A stretch of DNA of 64,000 nt from Dimorphilus gyrociliatus (GCA_904063045.1 CAJFCJ010000002.1:930001-994000), one strand, 5' to 3'; positions 41,956 to 61,705 are shown, numbered from the stretch's first letter. Notes: generated by a model not told the origin, from the letters alone. Made by a program: numbers and translations.

Positions 41956-42830
41956 CACCGCCTGTGGCCTTTTCTGTGTTAGGCACTAAACTCACAAGAA
42001 ATGATATATTAATGTAGTGCGTTTTAAAATAATGACAAATTGCGTCGTCTGTTGTCGTTTCTAGTCGAAGCAAATCTCAAACGTTGAATGAACGGAGTGA
42101 TTTTTTTTAAAATAATTTTTATGAATGGTATACGTGTTTATGGAATGAATGAAAAGGCATGTGATGATGAATTCGTAGCTGCTACTTTGTGCTTTTGTAC
42201 TCCACTTATAAATGTTAAAATATTCGACGTGGGTCGAGCAACTCTGCCTGTATGAAAGTGACTGTGCAATATTGGTCGGTCACACTATATACTTGTAAGA
42301 ATTTATTCAATAGTCGATGCTTTATAAGGTTTCGTGTTCAGAAAAAAAGAGAAGAATAAATTTAATCCTTCAATAACCCAAATCTAAACCATCACCTCGT
42401 TGATTCCTGGCTTCTCTCTATACAATCTATCGTCTTCAATCAAGCTGTCATCCTTTTGTAATGATATGACTGCATCCGAAAAGAGCCCGATCGTTACCTA
42501 ATATTGGTCCCGTAATTTTATGACCTTTGGAATGTAGTTCCCGAAAGACATCCAGCTGAGCACAACTTACAACTGATAATTCACCACCATGAATAATGAA
42601 TAAACACAACCCAAACTAAACTTGGAGCGTCACTGGTTTTTTGAGGAGACACGCCTAATATGCTAAGTAAAATTTGTATGTGACCCTGAGGTTGCATGTA
42701 GCCTACCATATCACGAGGTCAAAAGTCGCATATTATTTAAAATACTATAACGCAATAACTTAATAGTTTATTTAGTTCCAACATGTTTTGAAATCTCTTA
42801 TGCTTAAAATTCAGATATTAAAGTTTGTAT

Positions 42831-42834
42831 AATG

Positions 42835-42866
<32 letters not shown>

Positions 42867-42869
42867 TAT
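42831..42869. repeat. (TA)n microsatellite
   Basis: Direct reading. Confidence 0.85.
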
Positions 42870-43859
42870 TCTTTTGAGTAAAGACCTTCCATCTCGAAAG
42901 CCATGTGATAGAATTTTTGTTTGAGACACGCATTCTTCTTTAGAATTTATTTGACTTAAAATATCTTACATTTGTCAAACACAAGTTATACAAATCTTCT
43001 CATTTTCTTGCAAAATTAATGTTATTGTTTTCAATAACTTGTTTCACTATATTACCCGGTAACTCATCATTCACACATACTTTCATCCAAATGATTGCTC
43101 GTTTTCCTCTTCCTCTCATATTAAAAAAGAATATTTACAAATATTAGACAATGCAGTTCTCATTTATACACTAAATTTCAGCCAATCTAACCTAACAGGC
43201 TTCGAATTGAAGATCATCTCTTAATCTGGCTCTTCTATATTTAATAAATTTTCAACTATTTTTGTCAACTAAAAAAAGAATTCATATAAAAGAAACGATT
43301 CATTCATTGATAAATTTACTTCCTTTCAAATGCTATCATCATTGAAATAGTATTCCATGAAAGCTATTTCTTTTACACACATTTCAGTTTTAGGTTTACA
43401 AAATCTACAGTTTTAACAACTTCGCCAAACACCTATATGGAGTTGTAAAATAACATCTGGACTACAATATAACAATTCATTTATGATTTTAGTAAGATCG
43501 TTGTATTATACCTAGATTATAGCAAAAGAAAGATTCATGAAACACAGCCAGGATTCTTTAACTTTTGATTATCATTAACTGATTGATGGAATATAGAAGT
43601 TTTCACGAGAAAACAATAGCTAGTTGCGCAAAAAAAAAAAATCATTTCTGACATTTTGTAAAAACATTTTATAACAAGATATTAAGACTTTTAATAACAT
43701 TTAAAAAATTATTCAAAAACGTCAAGGACTCATCTCAGCATAATCTATTTCTAAGTAGTAGCTGAATCACATAAAGCAATATTTGCAGTATTTAAAATGT
43801 TTCGTATACTATAGGTATACATGTTACTCAGTGGAAGTCAAGCAGAATTTGAAAGTCTA

Positions 43860-44240
43860 CTAAGACGTTTCATCTTTAATAGGATATAGCTTCAAGTGAA
43901 AATCTTCTGTACGACAAGATGAGGAGACGTTATAGCCTCCTTTAGTTGTCATCTGCAGTTGAACATCCTCCACCTAATGAAAAAGAATTAAGATGAAGTG
44001 TGACAAAACTCAATCGTTTAAACTTACGGAAACACCAATTTTTTCTTTTGCAATGTCATTTCGACCAACATGAACGGTGTGCTGAAAGTCCTTTGGTAGA
44101 CTAATCATACTTTTATCAATTCGTTTAGTTGTAACCTAATGATAGAGAATTGATAGCTTCTATAAAAAATAAAAAGATGATTTTACATAATCTGAATTCC
44201 TAGTCTTCCAGCAGCTATGGAACAGCGAAAGTGATGTCAT
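43860..44240 (-). CDS. CDC42SE: CDC42 small effector protein (SPEC), 91 aa, three exons, not in ORF track
   Basis: Exons 44240-44187, 44135-44028, 43973-43860, all phase 0 and GT-AG: MTSLSLFHSCWKTRNSDY|VTTKRIDKSMISLPKDFQHTVHVGRNDIAKEKIGVS|VEDVQLQMTTKGGYNV...ETS*. Canonical CRIB plus the SPEC QMxxKGGY motif. Confidence 0.9.
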
Positions 44241-44883
44241 GTTAGGGAATCTGTATGAAATTTATTGAAAATTGTTACTTATATATATATATATATATAT
44301 ATACAGTATATATATATTAAAGAAACTATTCAATGTTTACAAAATTTAAAATGCCATAGAGCAATTTAAATTTATAGTCAAAAATCTCGAAACATGCAGT
44401 ATATGGCAGTTTAAAGTAGTTGAATACTGACCATTAACTTTTGAGTTTATAATATACTGTTTTATTTTGCGGAAAACTTATCCGCTGGCTTGCAGTAGTG
44501 TATAGTTTACTTCCGTAAAGGGAGGCAGGAAACGGAAGAAGAACCAGATTATATATTTACATATACTTATATCAATTCCGTGAGATGGAGTAAGCATCGC
44601 TCGGAAGTGGTGTCACCTCTTGGAAACAGAGGTAACTATTTTTAAGATGGCTGACATGTGATGTTAGCGTCCATGTGAAAATTTCTCTTTTTCTCTCTTT
44701 GCTACACTATGGATACGAAATAGACAAAGTCAAAACTGTTTATTATTTGCACCATAACTGATCCACGGCAATCTCTTGTTTAAAGCCTAACTATACTTAG
44801 TTTTTTGAGGTATTTGCATGCAAATCAGTCTGTGCTATAAATAGCCATTGTTGAGGTGCTTTCATTTGCCGAAGTACTGGAAG

Positions 44884-47355
44884 ATGAATACTCCAAATAT
44901 GACTCCTCCTGCACCACCACCATCATCAAACGGATCGCCGGCAAATATGAAAGGTATTGTCCGATTTGCAAAAAAGTTTCTTTTAAGTTGTAAGGTGCTG
45001 TTTGGTTTTAATAAAAAAAGTATTATGTACGCATTAACTAGCTGTGAGAAATAGATTCATTGATACCTATATTTGATATCCCAAAAAGTTAAAACCGTAA
45101 AGCTTGAAGATAACGAGGTTTTATATTAGCTAAAATATTTGAGACAATAACGGAGTAGAGTTTGAAAACAGTTGTCTATCAAGCTATAGAGTATCTCTAC
45201 AGACGTACTTTGACTTTCGAATGTTGACATTGTAAAAGGTTTTCGCGCCAGAAGCGATGTCACGTGATCAGCATCCTCACGGGGTCGATGTGAAAATAAA
45301 TTTTTTGTATGAGTGCATTCTGCATCGTAGGCGACAGTTGGCAAGGTGAATTGAAGATGATTCCAACATCTGCTCGGGTTTCTCAGTATATGCAGCTTTG
45401 GAATGTTTTCAATTTTCATTTATCAATTCCATTACGCGGTTTGCTATTCGACGGAGAGCTGCTTGTAAAATTAACCTAGTAATATCTTGTATAAAAACAC
45501 GAAAAGAATACTTGATTAAATAAGGATGTGATTTTCTCAATTTTAAAAAATTATAAATATACGTTTTTACAGCGCAAATTGAGGTGATACCATGTAAAGT
45601 CTGCGGAGATAAGTCTTCCGGCGTTCATTACGGAGTAATTACTTGTGAAGGGTGTAAAGTGAGTTTTGTTTATTATTTCTGGCGTTGCATCTCTCCAAAT
45701 TCTCGTCTAAATGCAGGGATTCTTTCGGCGAAGTCAAGCGGGTCCCATAAATTATCAATGCCCGAGAAATAAAAACTGTGTGATAGATAGAGTAAACAGA
45801 AACCGATGCCAGTATTGCAGACTGCAGAAATGTATAGCACTTGGAATGTCGCGTGATGGTAGGTTTATTAAAGCAAAGAAACTAATCTCTATGTATATAT
45901 TTTGTACATAATAAACACAGCTGTAAAATTTGGAAGAATGTCGAAAAAACAACGAGAACGCGTCGAGGATGAAGCAAATCAAATTCGTATGCGATCTTCA
46001 TCAAATAATATCAGTTCCCCAAACGGGCTTCCCGATTATTCAAACATTACGTCTATCAGCCAATCGGGGAATAACAACGACTTTTACACGGGGTACAACT
46101 TTCTATTTTTTTTATATTGTTAAGTTTTGACAATCTTCTTTTATACAGCGCTTCATACACCCAGTTAACTATGACTCCAACAAATGGTGCTTTTATAGCC
46201 TATCAACCCGGCCATCAGCCAATCACATATGCCTCTCCTGCGCCTAATGACGGCGAACAAGTTTCCTCCGAAGCGGTTACTTTTCAGCAAACTCAGTGTA
46301 TAAAACCTGAACAGATGGACTTGAGTAAGTGTGGACAATTTCAATTTTAAGACAAACAATAAACAATTTCTCATAGGTGTCCTGGAGAAATGCTTGCTCG
46401 ATGCCCATACGCGAACATCATTATTAACCGAAGATATAGAGAAAATAAAACGAAACACGAACACAACCGTTCTTCGTGACGTCAAATTATTAGTATGTAA
46501 CATGTAAATCGAATATAACAGTATATAAACACCTTCCATTACAGGATCATGCTCAATTATGGGCTGAAATTGCCGAGAAATTAACTAGTGCTGTTCAGCA
46601 AATAATTGAATTCGCCAAAATGGTGCCGACATTTATGAACTTTTTGCAGGATGATCAAATTATGCTACTTAAAGGAGGTTTGTTTTATACTATTGTTCAC
46701 CACTTAAGTGTAAATAAACGAAAATGTTTTTTTTTTCTTAGGAAGTTTTGAAATAGCTTTGTTGCGCTTAAGTAGAGCCTATGATGTCACATCAAATTCC
46801 GTTATATTTGGCGAAGCTTTTGTCCCTCTGGACTGTTTTGAGAGTTTAAGTAAGTAACTAACCTAAAAGGAACAATTTTCACTGTTAAATTTTGCCTTCT
46901 CTCAGCGAAACGAGAAAAAGATGTTATGAAGAAGATATTTACCTTCGCAAAAGATATAATATCATTGAACCTAACGGAAAGTGAATTGGCAATTGTCTGT
47001 GCTCTGGTTCTTGTTGAATCTGGTAAAGAAAATTTGTTTTTCTAATTTAAATCATATTAAAACATTCTAACCATGTTCTTTCTGATTATCTTCATTAGAT
47101 CGCCCTGGAGTAAAAGACAGTAAAGCTATTGAACATTTGAATATCCAATTGCAATTGGCACTTCGAGCAGCCTTGTCTTCTTCTCATCCGAACGAAGAGG
47201 ATCGAATAATGGAACGTTTGAAGGAATATTATAAAAAATTACACGAACTTTCCGCCTTACATATTGAAATGTTAGACTTTTTTAAAACTGAAAATCCGGA
47301 AATAGATTTCCCTGCTTTGCATAAAGAACTTTTTAGTCCAGAAGGTTTGGATTGA
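44884..47355 (+). CDS. HR3: Nuclear receptor HR3/ROR (NR1F)
   Basis: Candidate first exon 44884-44953 (phase 1) joins [29 protein letters not shown]|GFFRRSQ...[25 protein letters not shown]...MSRD|[12 protein letters not shown]; [12 protein letters not shown]...DDQIMLLKG; AF-2 FPALHKELF; stop 47355. Confidence 0.95.
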
Positions 47356-47965
47356 CCGTATTATTACTCTTAGGCTGAATAAAGGGCAAGATTAGCTGTA
47401 ACAAGACAAAGAACTATGAAAATTTGCCATTTCTTACAGTTTCATACGTGTAAATACATACTACTCTATCGTACTGTATGTGTATATATACATTACATAT
47501 ATATTATGTTATACATTTAACATATATGCGTCGAATTATACGTGTGTGTGTGATTGCGAAAGTTTATACATATACAAGTTTGTTATGAATTTTATTTTTG
47601 TGTTCTTATGTCGATGCATTTAAATTGAATATCTTTCAAGTAGATGTACATTCATATACTGTTTATGTATAGTCCTTATACATACCTGTATATATGTATT
47701 ATATTTGAAAGACAATCATTTGTCGTCGATTAGGTTTAAGTTTTTTGTTAATTGCTACTATTTTATATTGTAGGCGGAATATTCATGCTGCATGCAAGAA
47801 AGTGGTATATTGTTAAATGGACATCTATAACAAATATAGATATTTAACAATATTTGAGGAAGTATACATAAAAAATGTATATAATTCTATTCGTGCTTAC
47901 TAATAGTTTCAACTATGACATAAGCTGAATGATATAAAAATATATATCGATATCTTTCAATATAT

Positions 47966-48001
47966 CTATATATAAATTTATATATATATATATATATATA
48001 T
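47966..48001. repeat. (TA)n microsatellite between HR3 and PKA-C
   Basis: Direct reading. Confidence 0.8.
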
Positions 48002-48449
48002 AAATAAAGAATTTATAAATTTCCAAGTATCTACATATACAAAATATTCAGTATACAGTATACGCTGTATACTGTACAATAGCCAATATACTAATATTAT
48101 TTATTATATGCATATTAATCCTAGTCATTCCTCACTCTTGAAAAATATGTGTCTATATACACTTTAAAAATATATAGACATATTATTTGACTGACAGTGA
48201 AAGAAATTTTTGTTTTGTTTTCATTTTTGATTAACATTCTCAACGTTAAAACACCTATTAGGCTTCCTAATTCACAACAAACCATTGATAACTTCAGATG
48301 GCGCTCTTGGTCCTTCCAGGGGGCGTTGTTAAGTACTGTAAAACAATCACTTGACTCGGATCGAGTTCGACGGATGGATATAAACGCCAACATATTTGGC
48401 GATTTTAGAAGGAAATTATAAAGAAATTTTGGACTTAAATTGTTTTATC

Positions 48450-54427
<5,978 letters not shown>

Positions 54428-54600
54428 GTCGCCAAATCATGCATGCAGCGTCGTCTTCAGCAATTGACACGTGTTAAGAACGTCCTTCCGTAGTCTTCTC
54501 TATTTAGGCGTTTTAAAGAAATGTTCTTTCGTTTTTACGTTTCACGTTTGATTATGTTGTAAGCTGTCCGTAAACAAGTTCAATCTTATGCATACACAGA

Positions 54601-54720
54601 CATATATATGAACATATATATTTATATATATATTTATATATATATATGTATCTGTATGTATAACATACATATATGTATATGTATATATATGCTTATGTAT
54701 ATATATATATGTGTGTGTAC
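54601..54720. repeat. TA/TG-rich simple repeat in the PKA-C 3' region
   Basis: Direct reading. Confidence 0.75.
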
Positions 54721-54998
54721 TTATATATTTCTAATTTATTTATCAATTTAATAATCATCGATTTTTCAATGATCAATGTGTGTATTTTGTACGTGTTGTA
54801 GGCTGTGCTAATTTGTAGAAAAGATTGTATTTCTTTATAGGACGCTCTTGCGATGTCGTTGACGTGATATGTCAGTTAATACGTGAAAAATGTCGATAAA
54901 TTGTGCAGATTTTGTTTTTATCTTAACAGAAATTTATTAATTTATCTTAAATAATATAATACATTCGACATTTGCTATTGTTTTTAAGATATCATCTC

Positions 54999-56916
54999 TT
55001 AATATTCCAGTTGGCATTTGTGGCATAATGACTTTATCTTCTCAGTTAATGTAGCTATATTTTGACGGAAAAGGGTCTGATTACTCATATCTATTGGTTC
55101 GTATCGTGACAGTAATTTTTTTATTTGAGTTGTTATGCCCTCGGGGGGCCATGGACAGTATCTAAAAATTATTGGTAAAATAGGTTTACTGAGATTTTCT
55201 GCAAGAAAGATATCTTTGGTACAGCTCTCTGTCTGTAGATATTTTGGGGTTACGCAGCATATCACTACCAAGCAGGATTTCATATGCCTTTGTAGGGCAG
55301 CCTGAGAATTTTCAGATGAGTTGTCTTGACTCTTGTTTATTCGTGAGCTAGAACGTTGTAGTGTCATTGTTGGTTTAATATCACTACTACAAATTATGTT
55401 ATGCTCTTGTAATATTTTTTGTAATTCTTCAACGTTTGATTGAATGTCCCACTGATAGCTCAAAAATACTTTATATTCTTCCTCAGCGTCTATTTTTCTT
55501 GATTGTAAGGCACTCTGATACTCTTCCAGCTTATTTAATGGCTTTATCCCATCAGATATTTTATTTAAAAAGGCTTGCTCGAGAACGATACCCGAGACGA
55601 ATCTAGTCGGCTTAACAAAGTGCTCAAGAACATCCATGCTCTCGACATATGGCTTGCTTCGAAAATCTATTGCTGAATAATCACCTGTCGTAACATCAGA
55701 GAAGAAAATAATAAAATATTTCCATCCAATGAAAAAATAACAAACCTAATACGGCTTTTAGACAAGGTCTAAGATTTTGCCATGTTTTGGCAAACAGACC
55801 TGAAACAATTTTCTTCCCAAACCATTCAGCCAGAAGCAGTTCATTGAAAACAAAAGGAGAAGTAATTGCTTCCTCCGTCAGAAGGACGAAAACGAAACTA
55901 GCGTATGCCATAGTTGGCCCATTGAGATAGAGAAATTCATCTTTTGAAACTCCCAGCTTAGCATGATGAAATACCTGTATTCCTTTCTTCATCAAATCTT
56001 GCTTGACACAATGAGCCAATCTAATATCGGAAGGATCGTATATGATATAGATAGTATTTTGCTTGGCCCTCTGCATTCTAGCTCGTAAATGCCAATTATT
56101 GGGCATCTTATGTTCCTTATCTAGAGTTTGTAAAATATGCTGCATTATTTTTTTTCTTACAGGTCGTGAATCAATTCCTAAATGATAGATCATATCATAA
56201 TCCGTTAAAGACATAAGAAGAAAACCGTCGATCATAGCTTCAGCTAAAGCCTGACGATAGAATTCTTTAATTCCAGCATTATATAACCACTCTTGAAGAT
56301 CATCAATGGTCCACTCATTAATTTTTTTTGTGAGGTATACACCTGTCCATTCTGTATTTGAAGTAAGCGGTGAAGGAGAAATTCTAATACTGGCAAATCT
56401 TTCTAAATTCTCCATTAATTTTCCAACAACTGCCGACACTTTTTCTGCAAATGATTTGTTTACTTGATCCTTACCGGTTAAATCAACGCCAACAACATTT
56501 TCAAGTAAAATGGATAATTCCTTTAGTTTCTCTAAACTTATGTCGCTCTCAATACTGGATAACAATATTGGAAAAACATGAACTGAATCTTTATTGTGTC
56601 TTTTTCGCTCAAGGATTGTTTTAGCTTCAAATAAAGAAACTGGACAGGTTAAATATGACTCCGATAAAATCACTAGGCAAGCTTTACATCGTTCAACAGC
56701 TTCTAATCGTTGAGATAACCAACTAGGAGAGCCGGTAACCCGTTCATCTTTATCCAACCAAAGGTCCTCAGCTAAACTATTATCTTTCAATTGTCTAACA
56801 AGTTCAACGATAAACTTTTTTTCTGGATAACCAGCATCAGGTGAATATGAAACAAAAATGGCTTTCTTTTGTCGTTTTTTCGATTTCTTCTCATGAACTT
56901 CGTCCATTCTTGGCAT
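54999..56916 (-). CDS. TIR-SAM-TIR-TIR domain protein, two coding exons (56916-55746, 55684-54999)
   Basis: TIR1 AIFVSYSPD...LWLDKD...AVERCKACLVILSESYLTCPVSLFEA; SAM INEWTIDDLQEWL...AMIDGFLLMSLTDYDMIYHLGI...RKKIM; TIR2 IYIIYDP...FVFVLLTEEAITSPFVFNELLLAEWFGKKIV; TIR3 KVFLSYQWD...CLVVICCVTPKYLQTESCTKDIFLAENLSKPILPI. The 61-nt intron joins the two ORFs in frame. An upstream coding exon cannot be excluded. Confidence 0.82.
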
Positions 56917-56999
56917 TGTCAGTAACCCTGACAACGCCTGCTTAATATGTATATAGGTCGTGAACGGGGGTTAGGAGTGTATTTTACTCCCTAAAATTG

Positions 57000-57560
57000 A
57001 TCAAAAAGCACTGGGGCCTAAGCAAACCACCATAGATAGTAATATTATCATTTTCAATTAGCTTGCATCAAAAGAAGCATTTGTTGTCACCGGAGAAAAA
57101 GGAAATTTGGCCATTCTATCTACCTCCCTTCGTCATAACTAAAAATCTATAAACGTCGGCGGCGCTCAGCACCCCCTCGCTGCATCACTAACGCGTACAG
57201 TAACGATTATTTAGTAAAAATTGCCGAAATTGCCTAAATCGACTAAATTTAGGTAGCGGCGCTTCATCTTTACTGAATATTACAGGTATCCACATTTTGT
57301 TTTTCATACAAGGCACGTGTTTCCCGCGTTTGGCGCCTATCTGGAGCAAGTTTAAAAATATTGTAAAATTAACAAATTCAGCAAATATGGCGTCGCTTTT
57401 AGTCACTCAATCGATGCGTTCTGCCGTCGACGCGCGCTCGCGCGTTTTGCTAGCTGAGACAAAGAAACGCTCAACGCGTCCTTTCTTCAGCTCGCTGTAG
57501 GCCTAATTCCCTTAATCCTATCATATTTTACAGCTCTTCTTTCCAACGTTCTTTTTCTAT
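57000..57560. promoter_or_regulatory. Divergent CpG-richer promoter between the TIR gene and HMBOX1
   Basis: Start codons about 650 nt apart; YY1-like AATATGGCG at about 57385 and a GACGCGCGCTCGCGCG tract at about 57429-57445. Confidence 0.55.
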
Positions 57561-57564
57561 CTGT

Positions 57565-59241
57565 ATGGCTAGTGCTACCGGGATGCCTGCTCCTACTTCG
57601 TCACAACAAACTTCCTCATCTGCCTCTTCCACAAATGGTCATGAACAAATGTTCACAGTTGAACAGATCGAACTTATCCGTCGTCTACGAAATTCTGGTA
57701 TGACCAAGGACCAAATACTCAGCGCTTGGGATATTTTGGATCGCGTCGATTCTCAACTCGGACAGGTTTACAATATTCCAGTTTCTTATGCTAATCAATT
57801 ACAAGCCGCCGTAACCTTGATGGGAGTTCAAAACGCTATACACAGTACTTTACAACAGCAGCAAGCTCAGCAACTACAACAACAGCATATACTAGACGCT
57901 TCGAATGCTCGACAAGTTCGTAAGCGTTCGGCAGAAAATGCAAATTTAACTCCAACAGATAACTTGGTCACAAGCGCAATGTCTCAAACAGCCAACGAAC
58001 AACCTATAGCATTTTCAAGAGGTGCTAATTCTGAATCTCAACCTGAAGTCAATATCTCAAACTCAAACGGAGCATCTTCCGAAACTCCACAGTCAAATCA
58101 AACAGAAATATCTAATCTCCTACAACCACAAGCTATGACCGCCCAACAACAGATGCAGCAAATGCTGCAATTACAACAAATGGCTCAAATATCCAACGAA
58201 GAATTTGAAAATAGTCAAGAATTGAAAGAGTTTTTAGCGTCAGTTTCTAAAATATCATTAAAATATGAATATTAAAAATAAGTATACTTTCAGTCAGGGG
58301 GAAATTAAGTGTTGCGAAGAGATTAAAAACTTTGTTGTTAAGCACAACATTAAACAACATCAAATTGCTTCTCTCGCTGGTAAATTATTCTTATTTCAAT
58401 AGTAAATCAATTTCAAAAATATTAATTTTCAGGACTAAGTCAAAGTTATATCAGCCGATATTTTAGAGGTGATCCAGTTGAAATGTCCTTACGAAGTCGT
58501 CGAGCCATTTATAAATGGTACTTAACGTTTAAAGACTTTCCCGAAGCAATTGGACCAGCCGTAAGCATGACACTTCTCACAGGAACTCCCCCTACCAAAA
58601 ATATGTTGGGACCATTAGAAGCACAGGCAAGTCAACAGCAAAGTCCAAGTGAATTTACATATCCGAAACGTGAACGCTTTGTGTTCAGACCATGTCACAT
58701 TGAAGTATTAGAAAGATCTTATGAAGCTGATAATTATCCATCAATAGAGAAAAGAGAAGAAATCGCTCGAACTTGTAATGCTACCTTAGAAAGCATGGCA
58801 GGTCGAGCAGTTACAGACAGAGAAAAAGTCACAACGCAAACAGTCACAAATTGGTTCGCTAATCGAAGGAAAGAGATGAAAAAAATTGCTCGAGAAGATA
58901 CTGATTCTTTAGTCAAGCAGCGTGTTCGAAACAAACTTCCATCCTTTTCAGGCAATGGGTCTGACAGCGTAACCAATTCCCCTCAGCAGGTTACAAATTA
59001 TTCATCTGAAGAAGTATCTACTGAGAAACCTTCATCAGGGAAAAGTCAAGAATTAACTAAAGAACAAGAAGAAGAGATGCAACAACGAGTCGAGTTCGCA
59101 GCAGTGAATCAAGCAATACTCGCCTTATCGGGAACAGCTCCTATTATTTTGAAATCGGAAAGCAACGATGAAGCTGAGATGGAATTATCAGAAAATTTAA
59201 AGAATTTCGTTGAAAACGATTCCGAAAACAGGGAAATATAG
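57565..59241 (+). CDS. HMBOX1: Homeobox-containing protein 1 (HNF1-class)
   Basis: N-terminal MFTVEQIELIRRLRNSGMTKDQIL (HMBOX1 FTIEQIDLLQRLRRTGMTK); POU-like EIKNFVVKHNIKQHQIA...SQSYISRY; atypical homeodomain with insert RERFVFRPC...YPSIEKREEIARTCN...VTNWFANRRKEMK; three coding exons. Confidence 0.9.
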
Positions 59242-59300
59242 ATTAACTATTATAGTTACATACTATAACTTTAGTATGTTGTTTAGCATTCTATTTAAGC

Positions 59301-59303
<3 letters not shown>

Positions 59304-59349
<46 letters not shown>

Positions 59350-59350
59350 T
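59304..59350. repeat. (TA)n microsatellite in the HMBOX1 3' region
   Basis: Direct reading. Confidence 0.9.
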
Positions 59351-59732
59351 TGATATTATATTTACATATATATTGATATATTATGTGTTAGTCGTTGAAA
59401 TATACCAAGTAAAAAACGTTAGTTTAGTATCACCAGCGTTTCTTTGAATTATTTAAAACTCTGTACTATATATATATCATTATTTTTGTATGTATCATAC
59501 ATAACAAATATATATAGTATGATTTTTATACTGTATATATAATTTTATGTAATAATTTTTATATTTTTATATAGCGTAGTGTATATATTATATAAACGAG
59601 CATACTTCCATTCATTCGAATGAGATCCGTTTAACACTCTTATTGACAACATTTAACAATGGGCATTAGAATAATAATACTAATAATAATTTTAATGGTA
59701 AAAATAATAATGATAAAATAAGATTATCAATA

Positions 59733-59770
59733 AATAATAATAATAATAATAATAATATAAATAATAATAA
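59733..59770. repeat. (AAT)n microsatellite
   Basis: Direct reading. Confidence 0.85.
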
Positions 59771-60044
59771 TGAAATTAGTAAATGATAACAGCAATAATA
59801 ATGTAGAATGAAATGTAGATATGATTATGAAAAAAGTGAATATGAGTATGAATAGAAAATAAAAACTACTTTATTTTGGTCTAAGGAGACAGTCTTGGAA
59901 CAAAAATGAGGCAGCAGCTGGCGCTTTTGAGTATTCGCAGTGCAGAAAATACATTTTATAAGCGTCTGCTGAGTTTGTCTTAAGCTGCTAAACTCAACAT
60001 TTTTTGTAAATAGAATAAGTATTCATTGTCTTGATTCTGCATTT

Positions 60045-61705
60045 TTAATCGTTTGGGCTCGTACGTCGCTCTTCTCTCATCTTTTTATACATAGTAGAAT
60101 TGAGAAATCGGGGATACGAGTCTCTATGCATCAGAGTATAAATTTGTAATTGAGCCTCGTCGAACGTGTTTGGAGAAGGATCAACCATATTTCTGTTAAT
60201 AACTTCTCGCACTCTGGAATCTAGGCTAACCTCTTTCGGCGATAATATCGAAATATAATCTTCGTATATTAGTCTCGCCTTCTCCTCTACCACCTCTGGA
60301 CTATTTTCTCGCTTTAATTCTTCACATGCGAGCCAGAAAAGCATATTTTCTTCGCTGTATTCTGACCGTAAAAAGTCTCGGAACACCCTTCGACCCGCTA
60401 AGAAGGAGTTACCACACATTTATATATATATATATTTATATATTTATGTATAGATATATGAAATTTAAAAACTTATTGTTTTCTAAAACTTACAAGTACT
60501 TGACATTAATGAATCGAAAGATTCTGACCAATTTCGAATTTCATCAACTGACGGGCTGTGACATTTATTATGTATTATGTACATATTATGCATAACCGTA
60601 TAAAATTTTATACTTACGGATAATCGTTCTCTGCGAGATTGTCCATTTGAGTTTTATTGGCAGTTGTTTTTGCATCGTCACCGTTTTTTACTGTCAAGCT
60701 TCAAGTAAAAAAATGCGTTATAACGTCCGCATGCAAAAGCTACCGACGCCTATCGGTGACGCAGACAAACTATATCCTATTGATTTAATTACTATAGCAA
60801 CTGGGCTGCATTCGCACACGTTCAACCTCATCGATATTTACGTCTTTTGAGTGTAACAGAAGCTATATAGACGACAACGGTCCTTAAATTTTTTAAATTC
60901 TTTACGATATCTTCCACACATATGTACGCGCGTACCACAACCTTGTCAATGTAATAAGTACCTGTATGTACTTAGTATATAATCCAAAAACAAGCCAAAG
61001 TGAACAAATTAAAATTTATACTAGTACATGAAGATGTATATACTTTTATTGAGGAAGAAAGGGAGAGGAATAATGATATATCTTCCTTCGCCTTAGTATG
61101 TTTCTCTATGTACAATACATGCTTATATATAATATATAGATATGTACAGAAATATTTATTTAATTTATATACATATATGTGTATATATAGTTTTTCCTTT
61201 ACCTCTTTCAAATCGAACCTGTTTTTGTCGATGTAAAAATGGCTTTCCTATATTAAACTATCCTATAAAATGTATATCCTGGTGGCCTATTAATTGCCAA
61301 CTGAGGATGTATCTATAAATGTCCTCGTACGAGATTCTACATATGTAGACTGCACGTAAGCACCTATACATGGAATATATCATAAATACTGCATTTTGGC
61401 AAATATATTTACGTGCCCATGCCAAAACTGTAATAAATATTAAAATACACACACATATACACATATATATATATATACTGTAAATGTTGTATATACATCC
61501 ATTTACGCTACAACCTGTATATATGTAAAAATTTTATAGTTTTTTAAATACATTTGTTCTATATACACAATATATCTACATTTATACGTACACTTACCCA
61601 CACTATACACACATATATATTTATCTTTTCGTCGTACGTAGAATCTCTAGTTCTGCTTATTATACAGTACATATACTATATACTATATATATATATATAT
61701 TTATA

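Noticed and set aside
42520-42721. Three nuclear-receptor half-sites (TGACCT, TGACCC, AGGTCA) as HR3 autoregulatory elements
   Set aside because: They lack the AT-rich RORE 5' extension and are separated from HR3 by the CDC42SE gene; post hoc observation.
42350-43650. Minus-strand coding-like fragments (MSFGNYIPKVIKLRDQY*...; MRGRGKRAIIWMKVC...)
   Set aside because: Multiple in-frame stops, no consistent splice path and no family recognised.
47310-47340. HR3 AF-2 reads PALHKELF rather than PxLYKELF (His-Tyr lock)
   Set aside because: I recall the His variant in other invertebrate HR3 proteins, so it is probably not unusual; alignment needed.
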